From Octopus sinensis (lineage: Eukaryota), in assembly GCF_006345805.1 (NCBI RefSeq), contig NC_043003.1, positions 36,828,001-36,892,000 on the forward strand: DNA of 64,000 bases, written 5' to 3'. Below are positions 29,676 through 40,599 of this stretch, in pieces. Below the pieces are notes generated by a model that worked only from the letters and a program-made list of their open reading frames with translations, had not been told where the DNA came from and searched no databases. How positions within the stretch are numbered: position 1 is the stretch's first letter; every line of letters starts with the position of its first letter. A program made the position numbers and the translations under genes.

Positions 29676-30115
29676 GAAGCATGGGTGTGTGGTAAGAAGC
29701 AAGCTTCCCATCTACAGGGTTATGGGTTCAGTCCCACTGCGTGGCATTTTGAGTAAGAGTCTTTTACTATAGGTTCGATTCGATCAAAACCTTGTGTGTG
29801 GATTTCATCGACGGAAACTGAATGGAGCCCGTCGTAAAGATATTTATCTCCATGTGTGTGTGTGTGTGTTTGTGTCTGTGCGTACGCACGTCTGAGTGTG
29901 TGTGTGTCTTTGTGCCTGTTTGTATTCCGCCACCGCTTGACAACCGATAGTGGTGTGTTTACGTTCCCGTAACATAGCGGTTTGGCAAATCGGACAGATA
30001 GAATAAGTATCAGTATTAATTAAAAAAGAAAATAATAAATACTGGGGTTGATTCATTCGGCTAGAAATTCTTCAAGTTGATGGCCCCAATATGGCCGCTT
30101 TCTAATGGCTGTTTC
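29676..30115 (+). mobile_element. SINE family 1 copy, directly downstream
   Basis: Same architecture; 29686-29865 identical to 29237-29416. Confidence 0.85.
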
Positions 30116-31297
30116 TTCATTCTTCAAATATGCTCAAATCTTGTATCATGATAATCACCACCAAATGTATGATCACATGATTGTGACACAATTAATTTAA
30201 ATAAAATTATTTATATACCAGGTTTATGGAATTATATATTCGGTGGTGTTTATCCTAATGACACAGCTACATATACTTGTCCTACAAAGTCTTCTTGATT
30301 TTGACCGATCAACTTTCGGCCTACCCGTGCATTGTTTCTACAAGATTATTCCCTTACTTTTAAACACCATCCTTGCTTTCCTATTATCGTCTCTCCAGCT
30401 TTATGTTTACACAGAAATGCGTCCACAGTATTCATCCCTGTATGTAGTTTTGTTTTTCTGATGCAACAAAATTTATGTTGGTAAAAGATGCAACAACTTC
30501 TACTCAAGCACATTTATCCATTTTTGATTCCTTCTTCGATCCACTATACTTCTCTTACATCAGTGACGTCGTTGGGAAAGATATAAACGGCAAATAATAT
30601 TCTTCCTCTAATAATATCAATGGTCTTGTGCCAATAAAAGAAATCAATATTTCTTACTGTTTGAATCGTCTGTCTGTTAGTTTCGAAAGAAATTAATTTT
30701 CTTATTCAGACAAAGAAACCGAACCGAATTTAATATAAGGAACATAGGTAAGGGAATGAATGTGAACTTGTAAAAACAAGCAAGCCAGAACAAAAGTGGA
30801 GTGGAGTGTATTGGTGAACTTACTCAATTACTACAAACTTCGTGAGACTAGGTTGAAACTGCACATATATGTGACATCTAACGACAGACAGTGTCTGCTT
30901 CTGTGATATTTCGGGCATGAATATTGAAGATGTTGGGTGATAAAAACAAAGGAATACTCTGCTTAGGGGTAATGCTCATTAAGCCTTAATTATATATTTG
31001 TGTAAGATGAAGGAGGCAGTGTTAGCTACAACAAAGCCAGAACCATTATTTTATATTGGTTTACATAGGGATTTCAAATCCTTTAAGCACATATGCTCTT
31101 TCAGCATCAGTAGTAGTATGGAGTCCTGCACGACAAATGAAGTATGTGATTATATCAAAATCTTTAAAACATAAAGATGCTGATCATATTTTAGCGGGGG
31201 AAAATGGAAGGGAATGAGTGACGCAATTGAAGTAAAACTACACAAAATTAAGCATCAAAACACGGACACGGTTTCAGGCTCACAAAATGTTCAATCT

Positions 31298-31705
31298 TAT
31301 TTCTTTACTCCCCACAAGGGGCTAAACACAGAGAAGACAAACAAGGACAGACAAAGGGATTAAGTCCATTACATCGACCCCAGTGCGTAACTGGTACTTA
31401 ATTTAATCGACCCCGAAAGAATGAAAGGTAAAGTCGACCTCGGTGGAATTTGAACTCAGAACGTAGTGGCAGACGAAATACCTATTTCTTTACTACCCAC
31501 AAGGGGCTAAACACAGAGAAGATAAACAAGGACAGACAAAGGGATTAAGTCGATTACATCGACCCCAGTGCGTAACTGGTACTTAATTTATTGATCCCGA
31601 AAGGATGAAAGGCAAAGTGGCCCTAAGCTGAATTTGAACTCAGAACGTAGCGGCAGGCGAAATACTGCTAAGCATATCGCCCGGCGTGCTAACGTTTCTG
31701 CCAGC
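31298..31705 (-). mobile_element. SINE family 2 dimer
   Basis: Two units joined at CGAAATACC|TATTTCTTT (31483), the same junction as 25055/25056. Confidence 0.9.
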
Positions 31706-32469
31706 TGTTCAATTTTACTCAACGGAAACGCCTCTCTATCCTGACATTATAATGTTCCTTGCTAAAGCACAACATCCCATATTTGCTGTAAAAGAACATA
31801 AAATTATGAAATGCTGTTCTTTTTCTTGAGACGACATAATTTAAATAGTATTGCTACAACCTAGAATTGCTCACAGAATTTTGCTCATTCTTTGTTGTTG
31901 TTGTTGTTACTTAACCCCAGCTATCTTGATAGAGTAAGCTTGTAAGCAAAGACATTATAGTTGTGATTATCCCACTTTTTCATATATAATGTATGTTAAA
32001 CTACATTACCAAACGTGTCCTTCTCTTATGAAGGTAGTCTGAGTTTCAAGAGGAAGTTGGTTACTGTTTCTTCCAGACCGAATGTCTATGTAATCGCTCT
32101 GTTGTTTTGGACTAATTTTTATAAGAGAAGAAGACCTCTGGTAAGCTGAATTTTCTTATTGCTTATTGACCCATTTCACTCTAACGATATCACGAAATTT
32201 CTTGTCAATATATGAACGTCACAATATTTCTCAATGGATTACTCTGGTTGAAGTAACTCTGGATGCTTCTAGGACAGAGTAAGTTGATTCAGTAGATGTT
32301 TATCTCGAAAATCTGCAAACAGTCAATTGCAGAAAAAAAAAAAAGTTGGGAGAAAAATCTAAGGAAATGATGCTCAGAGATGATTAAACTTAGTAGTACA
32401 TACGGAATTTTTGGTGGAATACAAAATATGTTTGTGAAGTCATGTGACACACGACTTTGCATGTTGCAA

Positions 32470-32760
32470 TCATGATCGCAAAACCGTTGCCTCTATACCC
32501 GGACCGGGAGGTGCATTGTGTTCTTGAGCATGAATTTCATTTCATGTTGCTCCATGAGCAACCCTGAGAAGGACTGGCTCAGGGTTACTCCGCTCAGGAG
32601 GGCTATTGTGATTTCAGTCACTTGTTCCTAAAGTGGTTAACCGGTCTTATGAATCGTAGGACTCGAGACAGAAATATTCAGGAGACTTCTACAATATGAG
32701 CCGGAGAAAGCACGAGTGAATGTGGCGTGAGGACGGCCGACAAGGGTAGGCCACTGCGAT
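32470..32760 (+). mobile_element. Degenerate SINE family 4-like element
   Basis: TTGTGTTCTTGAGCATGA.TTTCATTTCATGTTGCTCC central motif. Confidence 0.4.
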
Positions 32761-33696
32761 AGCGGCACTCGGTGCATTGATATCCGAGACTATTTACTTA
32801 TTATCAGACCATAACAATCATTTTACTAACATTCAGTATTGAGTGTTGTAATGTAGAATTCAGCTTTCGGCGTACTCAGACGGTGAGCAAATTTCAAATC
32901 TGGTTCGCAGTCATTCTAGTTTTAAAATGTAAGACATCAATATTTAAATAAAGACAAAAACAAAAACGTAAATGGAAATATTTTTTGGAAAGCTAAATGG
33001 ATAAAAGGGTTACTTAGATAAATGATACTCTAATTGCAAAGTCATCTCTTGGTAAATATAATGTAATAGTTTGTTTGGGTATTTCTTAGTTGTCTTTTAT
33101 GTAATACCAATCCAGAGGAATTATTTCTTTTTATTAGATAATTATCTTGTATTAAAGTCTGTTCTGGGTCATTGCTCTAAGGTAAACATCTCCGATTGAA
33201 TAAATAAAACATATAGGAAAAATTGCTTAGATGAAAGAAAAAAATAAGGAAAGATAGGGGTGCTGGCGATTGAGAAAGAGAGAGAGAGAGAAAGTGGGAG
33301 AGAGGGAGGGAGGTTGGTTGGTAAAGGAAAATGAATAAAGTTACAATGAAAGGGAATTACAGAATATAGGTTTTAAAAGACAAAAACAATGGGGAAGCGG
33401 ACAACGAGGAGAAATGTTAAAGAGAATTGCTGGAAGAGTATAAAACAAAAATGTTACTAATTTTAGTACGAGTCAGCAACTTGATGAAAAGGGGCAAGTC
33501 GATTGCATAGACCGCTGTACTTGCCAGTTTCCATTATTACATCAGTAATTTATGCAGACATAAATTACATAAATTACCATCGTGCTTATTTCTCAGCCCT
33601 TTCTCTATCATCTCTTTGTGTATTATGTTTTTCTTCTTGTTCGCGCTCACTCTCTCCCTCTCACACTCCCCCTCTCTCACTCTTTCTTTCCACGGT

Positions 33697-33815
33697 CAGC
33701 TTTGCTTTTCATCCTTTCGGGATCGATTAAATAAGTACCAGCTCAACGCTGGGGTCGATGTAATCGATTTAACCCCTCCCACGAATTTACTGGCATTGTG
33801 CCAACGTTTGAAATT
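33697..33815 (+). mobile_element. SINE family 2, 3' fragment
   Basis: TTTGCTTTTCATCCTTTCGGGATCGATTAAATAAGTACCAG..CTGGGGTCGATGTAATCGA. Confidence 0.75.
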
Positions 33816-33962
33816 AATATGAAGTCTGTCCTGCAGTGAACGCAGAAGCTCATTACTTTTCTTCTGGTTTTTGTGTACACAGTGATAATTATATAGAACA
33901 TGTCTTGTCTTTGAAATGTTATATTAAAAGATAGAAACCGTGTAGAATATGAGTTATGTATA

Positions 33963-34281
33963 CAGTAATCCCTAGACTATCGCGGGTGTTACGTTCCAAA
34001 ACCCCCCGCGATAGGTAAAAATCCGCAAAGTCGAAACAATACTGTGCTGTATATATATTTTCTATTTTTATAATTTGCATATATTTATTTTATTACAAAT
34101 GCAAAACAACACCACAGAAGAATCGCCGTAAGCTTAAATAAGGGACTGCAACAGGTGAACCGCGATAGGTGAACCGCGATAGGTGAACCGCGATAGGTGA
34201 ACCGCGATAGGTGAGCCGCGATAGATGAGCCGCGATAGGTGAACCGCGGCAGGTGAACCGTGATATGGCGAGGTATTATTG
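33963..34281. mobile_element. pogo/Tigger-like MITE with internal 14-bp tandem array
   Basis: TA-CAGTAATCCCTAGACTATCGCGG ... CCGTGATATGGCGAGGTATTATTG-TA; eight copies of AGGTGAACCGCGAT at 34153-34264. Confidence 0.8.
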
Positions 34282-34337
34282 TATTGTGTCTTAATTTATG
34301 GTAATAAGAAAGCGGCGAACTGACAAAAACCGGTAAC

Positions 34338-34522
34338 ACGGCGGGAAAAAGCTTAGCGGCATTTCGTCAATCTTTACATTTTTCGTTCAAATTCCACCGA
34401 GCTCAACTTTGCCTTTCATCCTTTTGGAGTCGATGAAATAAGCACGAGTTGAACACAGGAGTCAATGTAATCGACTTAGCCCCTCCCCCGAAATTGCTGG
34501 CCTTGTGCCAGAATTTGAAACC
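34338..34522 (+). mobile_element. Diverged SINE family 2 variant
   Basis: GCTTAGCGGCATTTCGTC...TTCAAATTCC...GGCCTTGTGCCAGAATTTGAAACC. Confidence 0.75.
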
Positions 34523-34534
34523 TATGTAAGGAAA

Positions 34535-34933
34535 TCTTTATATATAAAAGTCAAGTTGTGTGTCTGTCTCCTACGATTTAGATTCCTAACTACTCCCACA
34601 TTTTGCGGTGCAGTTTAACCAAAACCGGGTATCTTATAGTCGTGATTCATATCGAGCCCTTCTGGGTATTAGCGCGCGTCTACGATGAGTCTACGATTAA
34701 AAAAAAAATTTACCATAATTTTTTTCCATTTTAATGCATTTTTTTCGCTATTATATAAGGGAAGTAACTCTCTAAAAATGTCTACGATGAGTCAACGATT
34801 TTGTAAAAAATTTACCATCATTTTTTTTTTCATTTTTAATGCATTTTTTTGCTATTTTTTGGCTATAATTCTCTAAAAATGCTTATATAGTTATTTCCCT
34901 TACAAACCCGAGCAACGCCGGGCGATATGCTAG
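34535..34933 (+). mobile_element. Non-autonomous Helitron, 399 bp
   Basis: A|TCTTTATATATAAAAG ... CCCGAGCAACGCCGGGC-GATATG-CTAG|T; internal ~100-bp direct repeat (TCTACGATGAGTC.ACGATT..). Confidence 0.88.
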
Positions 34934-35621
34934 TGATTATATAAAAATATGCGTGGCGTTCTTTTACTGGATAATGAATATTTACAGTAAGAGCTGATTT
35001 GCCTCCTTTAGTTTTTCATTCTGCGTTGTATACTTTGTGTATGTTGAGCTAGATTTGATCATGATTGAAACGGGTACTAACAAAGTTTTTAGATCAAAGC
35101 AAAGTGTGTGAATTAGAGACGTTTTCCATATTTGATTAGTTCCTAAAAAAGGTAGATTTCAGACTGAAGCTGTAGGCCCTGTGTGACCTATTGTCATGAT
35201 TCACGAGTGTTTGACGAAATGAATGGCAATTGAAACATCCAAATGAGTAACTAATGTGATTGTTTTAAATATTCCGTATCTTCTGCATATGGTATATTAG
35301 CCGTCAAATGTTCAGGTTTCTTTAATTCACGTACACATGAATTCAGAGCGCCGACTTCTGGATATATATTTGCGCATTCTCGGTTTTTAAGTAACCTGCT
35401 AACATGAACGAAGTTGCCATCGCCTCAGATAGATAGATAGACATATAGATAGATTTATTCATACATGCATACATACATACATACATACATAAATACATAC
35501 ATACAAACATACCTACATACATATATGCATAAACATACACACATACGCATGTATATACATTGGTATACACATATATAGATATACATACATGCATTTAGAT
35601 GTATATATATGTTATACATAT

Positions 35622-35701
<80 letters not shown>

Positions 35702-35729
35702 CGAGAAAGAAGCAACAAGAATGGATGGT

Positions 35730-35818
35730 TTTTAGTACAATCGTTTCATACAAGGACAGGCTTTATTAAAAGTTGTAAAATTACAGCATATAAACGTGTC
35801 CCGTACTCATCACTAAAA
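35730..35818 (-). ncRNA. Hammerhead ribozyme motif, mirror copy; core reads TGATGA (C3 missing)
   Basis: Reverse complement of 36411-36501 except loss of the C of CTGATGA and one base in the stem II loop. Confidence 0.6.
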
Positions 35819-36410
35819 TACATGTGAGTTCTCTAGACATCCTAGTGGTTGAGGCTATACTCATGAAGTAATGTAGATAATTAAGTAACATAAACAGATT
35901 TCCAAAGTTCATTAAAGTTCTTTAAAGATGATGTACAGTCTTATCACAGAATTTTAAAAAGGTTCTAATAGCATCAAGAGAAGGTGACCTAATCCATAGA
36001 GCACATATGAACTTCCAGAGATATGATGAGGGATTACATACTCACAGAAGACAATTTATCCATTGTTAATCACAACGAGGTGGGTCTCAATTCCTGCTTA
36101 TTAATTATTCCTGCTAATAAGCAATAATAAGCAGGAATTGAGACACCTCGTTGTGATTAACAATGGATAAATTTGTCTTCTGTGAGTATATGTAATCCCT
36201 CATCATATCTCTGGAAGTTCATATGTGCTCTATGGATTAGGTCACCTTCTCTGTGATGCTATTAGAACCTTTTTAAAATTCTGTGATAAGACTGTACATC
36301 ATCTTTAAAGAACTTTATGAACTTTGGAAATCTGTTTATGTTACTTAATTATCTACATTACTTCATGAGTATAGCCTCAACCACTAGGATGTCTAGAGAA
36401 CTCACATGTA

Positions 36411-36501
36411 TTTTAGCTGATGAGTACGGGACACGTTTATATGCTGTAATTTTTACAACTTTTAATAAAGCCTGTCCTTGTATGAAACGATTGTACTAAA
36501 A
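36411..36501 (+). ncRNA. Type I minimal hammerhead ribozyme motif
   Basis: Stem I TTTTAG/CTAAAA; core CTGATGA; 10-bp stem II GTACGGGACA/TGTCCTTGTAT; GAAA; stem III AC-GATT-GT; GUA cleavage triplet at 36493-36495. Confidence 0.8.
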
Positions 36502-36656
36502 ACCTATCCATTTCTGTTGCTTCTTTCTCGCTTATAATCAACCACATTACTGTATTGTTAAAACAGTATAGTTTGTTTTTGGGCATCTAAGTTAGGTACC
36601 ATATTCAAGTAAATTCATTTAAATTAACTTGAATCTTTATTGCTTTTTGTATATAT

Positions 36657-36689
<33 letters not shown>

Positions 36690-37997
36690 ATAAATACATA
36701 TATATAACTGTGTGTGTGTGTTTGTATAAGAGAGAGAGAGCCAGCCACATACATATATAGATTGACATACTTGAATTTATTTACAAACCTGCATATATTT
36801 ATATTTATATAATTATATATAAATATACATTTGTGAGTATATATATATATATTTACACACACACACATACACATATATATATATATATATACATACTTAC
36901 GTACGTACATACATATATATCCATATATATATATATACATACATATATACATGTATGTATGCACATGCGCGTAGATGTGTATATGAATGCGTATGATGTG
37001 TTGAATACTGCGTTCTAGTTGGATACTTTTATGAAGGTTTCGCATTTTATTTTAGCATTTTCTATGAATTCATTGCAGTTTGATGGGAAGTGTAAAGTTA
37101 GTGAATCAAACAAACTTCAAGAAACTCTAGGAACATTTCAAAGAAAGTAAAAACCAACTGGCAAAAATTACGCATTCAATATAACATAAATAAAAGAAAC
37201 TCTGGAACCGATGTATACAAATATGTCAAAAAAATATAGATATACATATATACACTTACATATACGCACATACTTAACTGTATATATGTGTGTATTTGTG
37301 TGTCTGTGTGTGTGTTGTATGCATGTAATGTATATACATACGACTAAATGTATATTCAAATTGCAATACCTTTCATTACGTCGTATGTCTGTGTACGTAT
37401 AGGTAGAGTCTCGTTGTACGTTATGTATGTTTAAAATACACGAACAAGGGGCGGTGTCAAAGAGTGCATTTGTAAAGTTTAGTACTTTACCTCTAGTTGT
37501 ATGAATGCATGAAAACCTGTATGTTTACATTTACACAGAAGCACGGTGACACACTAAAACACACACAGACACACACCACACACATACACACACACACACA
37601 TACGGATGTATAGTTATTGTGTGTATGCATGCATGCATGTATGCATTCATATGTGTGGGTGTCATACGTGTCTGCCGCTACATACACGTCTACATCTATT
37701 GCAAAGCTTATCGTCATATAAACTAATGTGAATGAAGTCTTATAAATTCCATATTTTTCCAATATATTTTCAATCATTCATTGAGTAGGTTCCTATTTTG
37801 CAATTGGAAAAAGTTCGAAACCAGTTCTAGTGACAAAACATGCGTGTGTGGTGTGTGTGTGTGTGGTGTGTGTGTGTGTGCGTGTGTGTATTATACATGT
37901 CTGCATATATGTATATATGTGTATATGTATATATATATATATGAATTCATATATATATACATATGAATACATGTGTGCGTATGTATAAATTAGTGTG

Positions 37998-38039
<42 letters not shown>

Positions 38040-38153
38040 TATATGCGCGTGTATATAATTTTGTAAGAGCTAAAACACAATATATAAGTCATATGTGTAC
38101 TTTGCTTTGATCTAAAACCTATGAACTAGTAAGTATATCAGCACACCACTACC

Positions 38154-38154
<1 letters not shown>

Positions 38155-38193
<39 letters not shown>

Positions 38194-38430
38194 GCCATTA
38201 CAACAATAATAACAATAGCATCAATAGCAAGAAGGAGAAGAAGAAGGAGAAGAAGAAGGAGAAGAAGAGAAGAAGAAGAAGAAGAACAACAACAACAACA
38301 ACAACAACAAGAAAAAGAAGAAGAAGAAGAAGAAGAAGAAGAAGAAGAAGAAGAAGAAGAAGAAGAAGAAGAAGAAGAAGAAGAAGAAGAAGAAGAAGAA
38401 GAAGAAGAAGAACAACAACAACAACAAAGA
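38155..38430. repeat. (AAT)n, (GAA)n, (CAA)n compound trinucleotide array
   Basis: Directly visible. Confidence 0.95.
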
Positions 38431-38619
38431 GAAGACGCCAACAATTTTGAGAGGAGGGGTTAATCGATACTTTTGAGTTCAGTGCTATTTTGATACTGTA
38501 AAAATTCAATCCCCGAAAGGATGAAAAGCAGTATGACTGCGGTAGGGATTGGCACTGAGAACTTTATAAAAAAAGAGAACGGAATACGTACGTTGCAAGG
38601 GTCTCTTAATCCGGTCAAA

Positions 38620-38686
<67 letters not shown>

Positions 38687-38688
<2 letters not shown>

Positions 38689-39003
38689 TGTTGACAGGAA
38701 TTCTTTAGCGTATGAATAATTCACCTCTGGAAACATGGATGTTTCATTCATCATACTTAAACAAACCTTATTCGGGGACCTTCTGAAAGAGATGGCTATT
38801 CGAGCTGAAGAAAATTCTAACTGGTCCCCCACCTCGAAGGTCATTCGCAGTTTGTCTTGATATATGATAACTATGTTGCACCCATATGGCTGTTATGCAT
38901 GTACCTGGTGTACCCTTATCAGACCGCTAGTTATGATGGTCATATTGGCCATCCTATATTTGTACCCCAGTGTTACTTTGATAACATGCGCTGCTCTCTT
39001 ACT
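38687..39003 (+). mobile_element. Truncated, diverged copy of the (AAT)n-embedded element
   Basis: GAATAATTCACCTCTGGAAACATGG ... GGTGTACCCTTATCAG ... TACCCCAGTGT.ACTTTGAT matches the reverse complement of 3942-4260. Confidence 0.8.
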
Positions 39004-39110
39004 TAATAATAATAATGATGATGATGATGATGATGATGACGATGATGACAACGATGATGATTATAATAATAATCATAATAATAATATAATAATAATAATA
39101 ATAATAATAA

Positions 39111-40452
39111 TGCTTAACAACAATATATAAAATACTATCAGGCTTAACAATGGAATGGAAGCACTCCGTCGGTTACGACGACGAGAGTTCCGGTTGATCC
39201 GAATCAACGGAACAGCCTGCTCGGGAAATTAACGTGTAAGTGGCTGAGCACTCCACAGACACGTGTACCCTTAACGTAGTTCTCGGGGATATTCAGCGTG
39301 ACACAGAGAGTGACAAGGCCGGCCCTTTGAAATACAGGTACAACAGAAACAGGAAGAAAGGATGAGAGAAAGTTGTGGTGAAAGAGCACAGCAGGGATCA
39401 CCACTATTCCTGCCGGAGCCTCGTGGAGCTTTTAGGTGTTTTCCCTCAATAAACACTCACAACGCCCGGTCTGGGAATCGAAACCGCGATCCTACGACCG
39501 CGAGTCCACTGCCCTAACCACTGGGCCATTGCGCCTCCACCAGGCTTAACAACCATGTATAAAATACAAACATCTCTCTTGACTGAATACGCCTATAGTT
39601 TTTTTAATAGGAAGTGGCATCTTCCCTAGTGAGCAAAAAGGATGTAAACGTGGGTCCTATGGTTGTAAAAAACAGCTACTCATCAATAAGATGATCTTGG
39701 AAGATTGTTCCAAACAACACAAGAATTCGTCGATAGCCTGGACAGATTATAAAAAAGCTTTTGATAGTCTACCACATACTGGATTCATAAACGTTTGGAA
39801 ATTCATAAATTAGCACCTACTCTACGAAACCTCTTGTCTGTAAGTATGAGATCATGGGCAATGAACACTGCCTTTGAACAGTGACAATGAATCTTTCAAT
39901 GCTGGAGATGTAAGAATTTCCTGTGGTTTTTTCCAGGGTTACTCTCTATCACCACTCACCTTTTGTCTAGACTTAATACCTCTCTCGAAATTGCTCGAAA
40001 TATAAATCATATTTTTAGATGGATGATTTAAAATGCTTTGCAAAAATGACCAACAACTACAGGGCTTACTCTAACAATTGTTAAACAGTTCAGTGATGGC
40101 ATCAGGATAGAATTTGGCCTCGATAAATGTGCAAAAGCTACTTTATCAGAGGTAAAAAAAAATAGAAACATCCAACGTTAATCTTGACCAACAGTATATC
40201 TTAATGGAGTCAGGACCAGCAGAGAGCTACAAATACGTAGGAGTATTTGAAGGTGATGGGTAAGGACTTTGTCAACATCGGCTTCTAATTTACTTATGTT
40301 TTGACAGACATTCACTAGAACAATACTCCGTGCAAAACGAAATATATGGGCCCCTAATCATAACACCAACTTGAATTTCAAACTAGTCTCTTGCGTTCTC
40401 TGGGTGAGACTTGGAGTCAGCTTGTACAAATACAAAGCAAAAGCCAAACATA
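39111..40452 (+). pseudogene. R4/Dong-clade non-LTR retrotransposon remnant (RT fragment plus probable 3' end), interrupted by SINE 39151-39540
   Basis: CLTTIYKI; PSEQKGCKRGSYGCKKQLLINKMILED; AWTDYKKAFDSLPH; GFFQGYSLSPL; MDDLK; EFGLDKCAKA; YKYVG. Multiple frameshifts. Confidence 0.8.
39151..39540 (-). mobile_element. Full-length SINE family 3, tail type A, with 12-bp TSD
   Basis: A box TGGCCCAGTGG, B box GGTTTCGATTCC; TSD CAGGCTTAACAA at 39139-39150 and 39541-39552. Confidence 0.92.
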
Positions 40453-40599
40453 TAAGAAGAAGAAGAAGAAGAAGAAGAAGAGAAGAAGAAGAAGAAGAAG
40501 AAGAAGAAGAAGAACAACAACAACACAACAACAACAACAATTTGAGGACAGAGAAAATTTTCAGATTCGTACTTTGTTGCTGAATATCATGGAAAGAGA

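Larger units (their letters stand above)
35696..36536. repeat. 841-bp palindrome (arms 35696-36103 and 36125-36536, 21-nt spacer); candidate inverted Penelope-like pLTR pair
   Basis: Arms are reverse complements apart from nine small indel-type differences. Confidence 0.95.

Noticed and set aside
34153-34264. Regular short array resembling CRISPR
   Set aside because: Contiguous 14-bp units without spacers, inside a MITE in eukaryotic DNA.
39465-39540. tRNA gene candidates (also 8773, 19995, 63440-63517)
   Set aside because: A/B boxes present but no complete cloverleaf; each continues into a SINE body.
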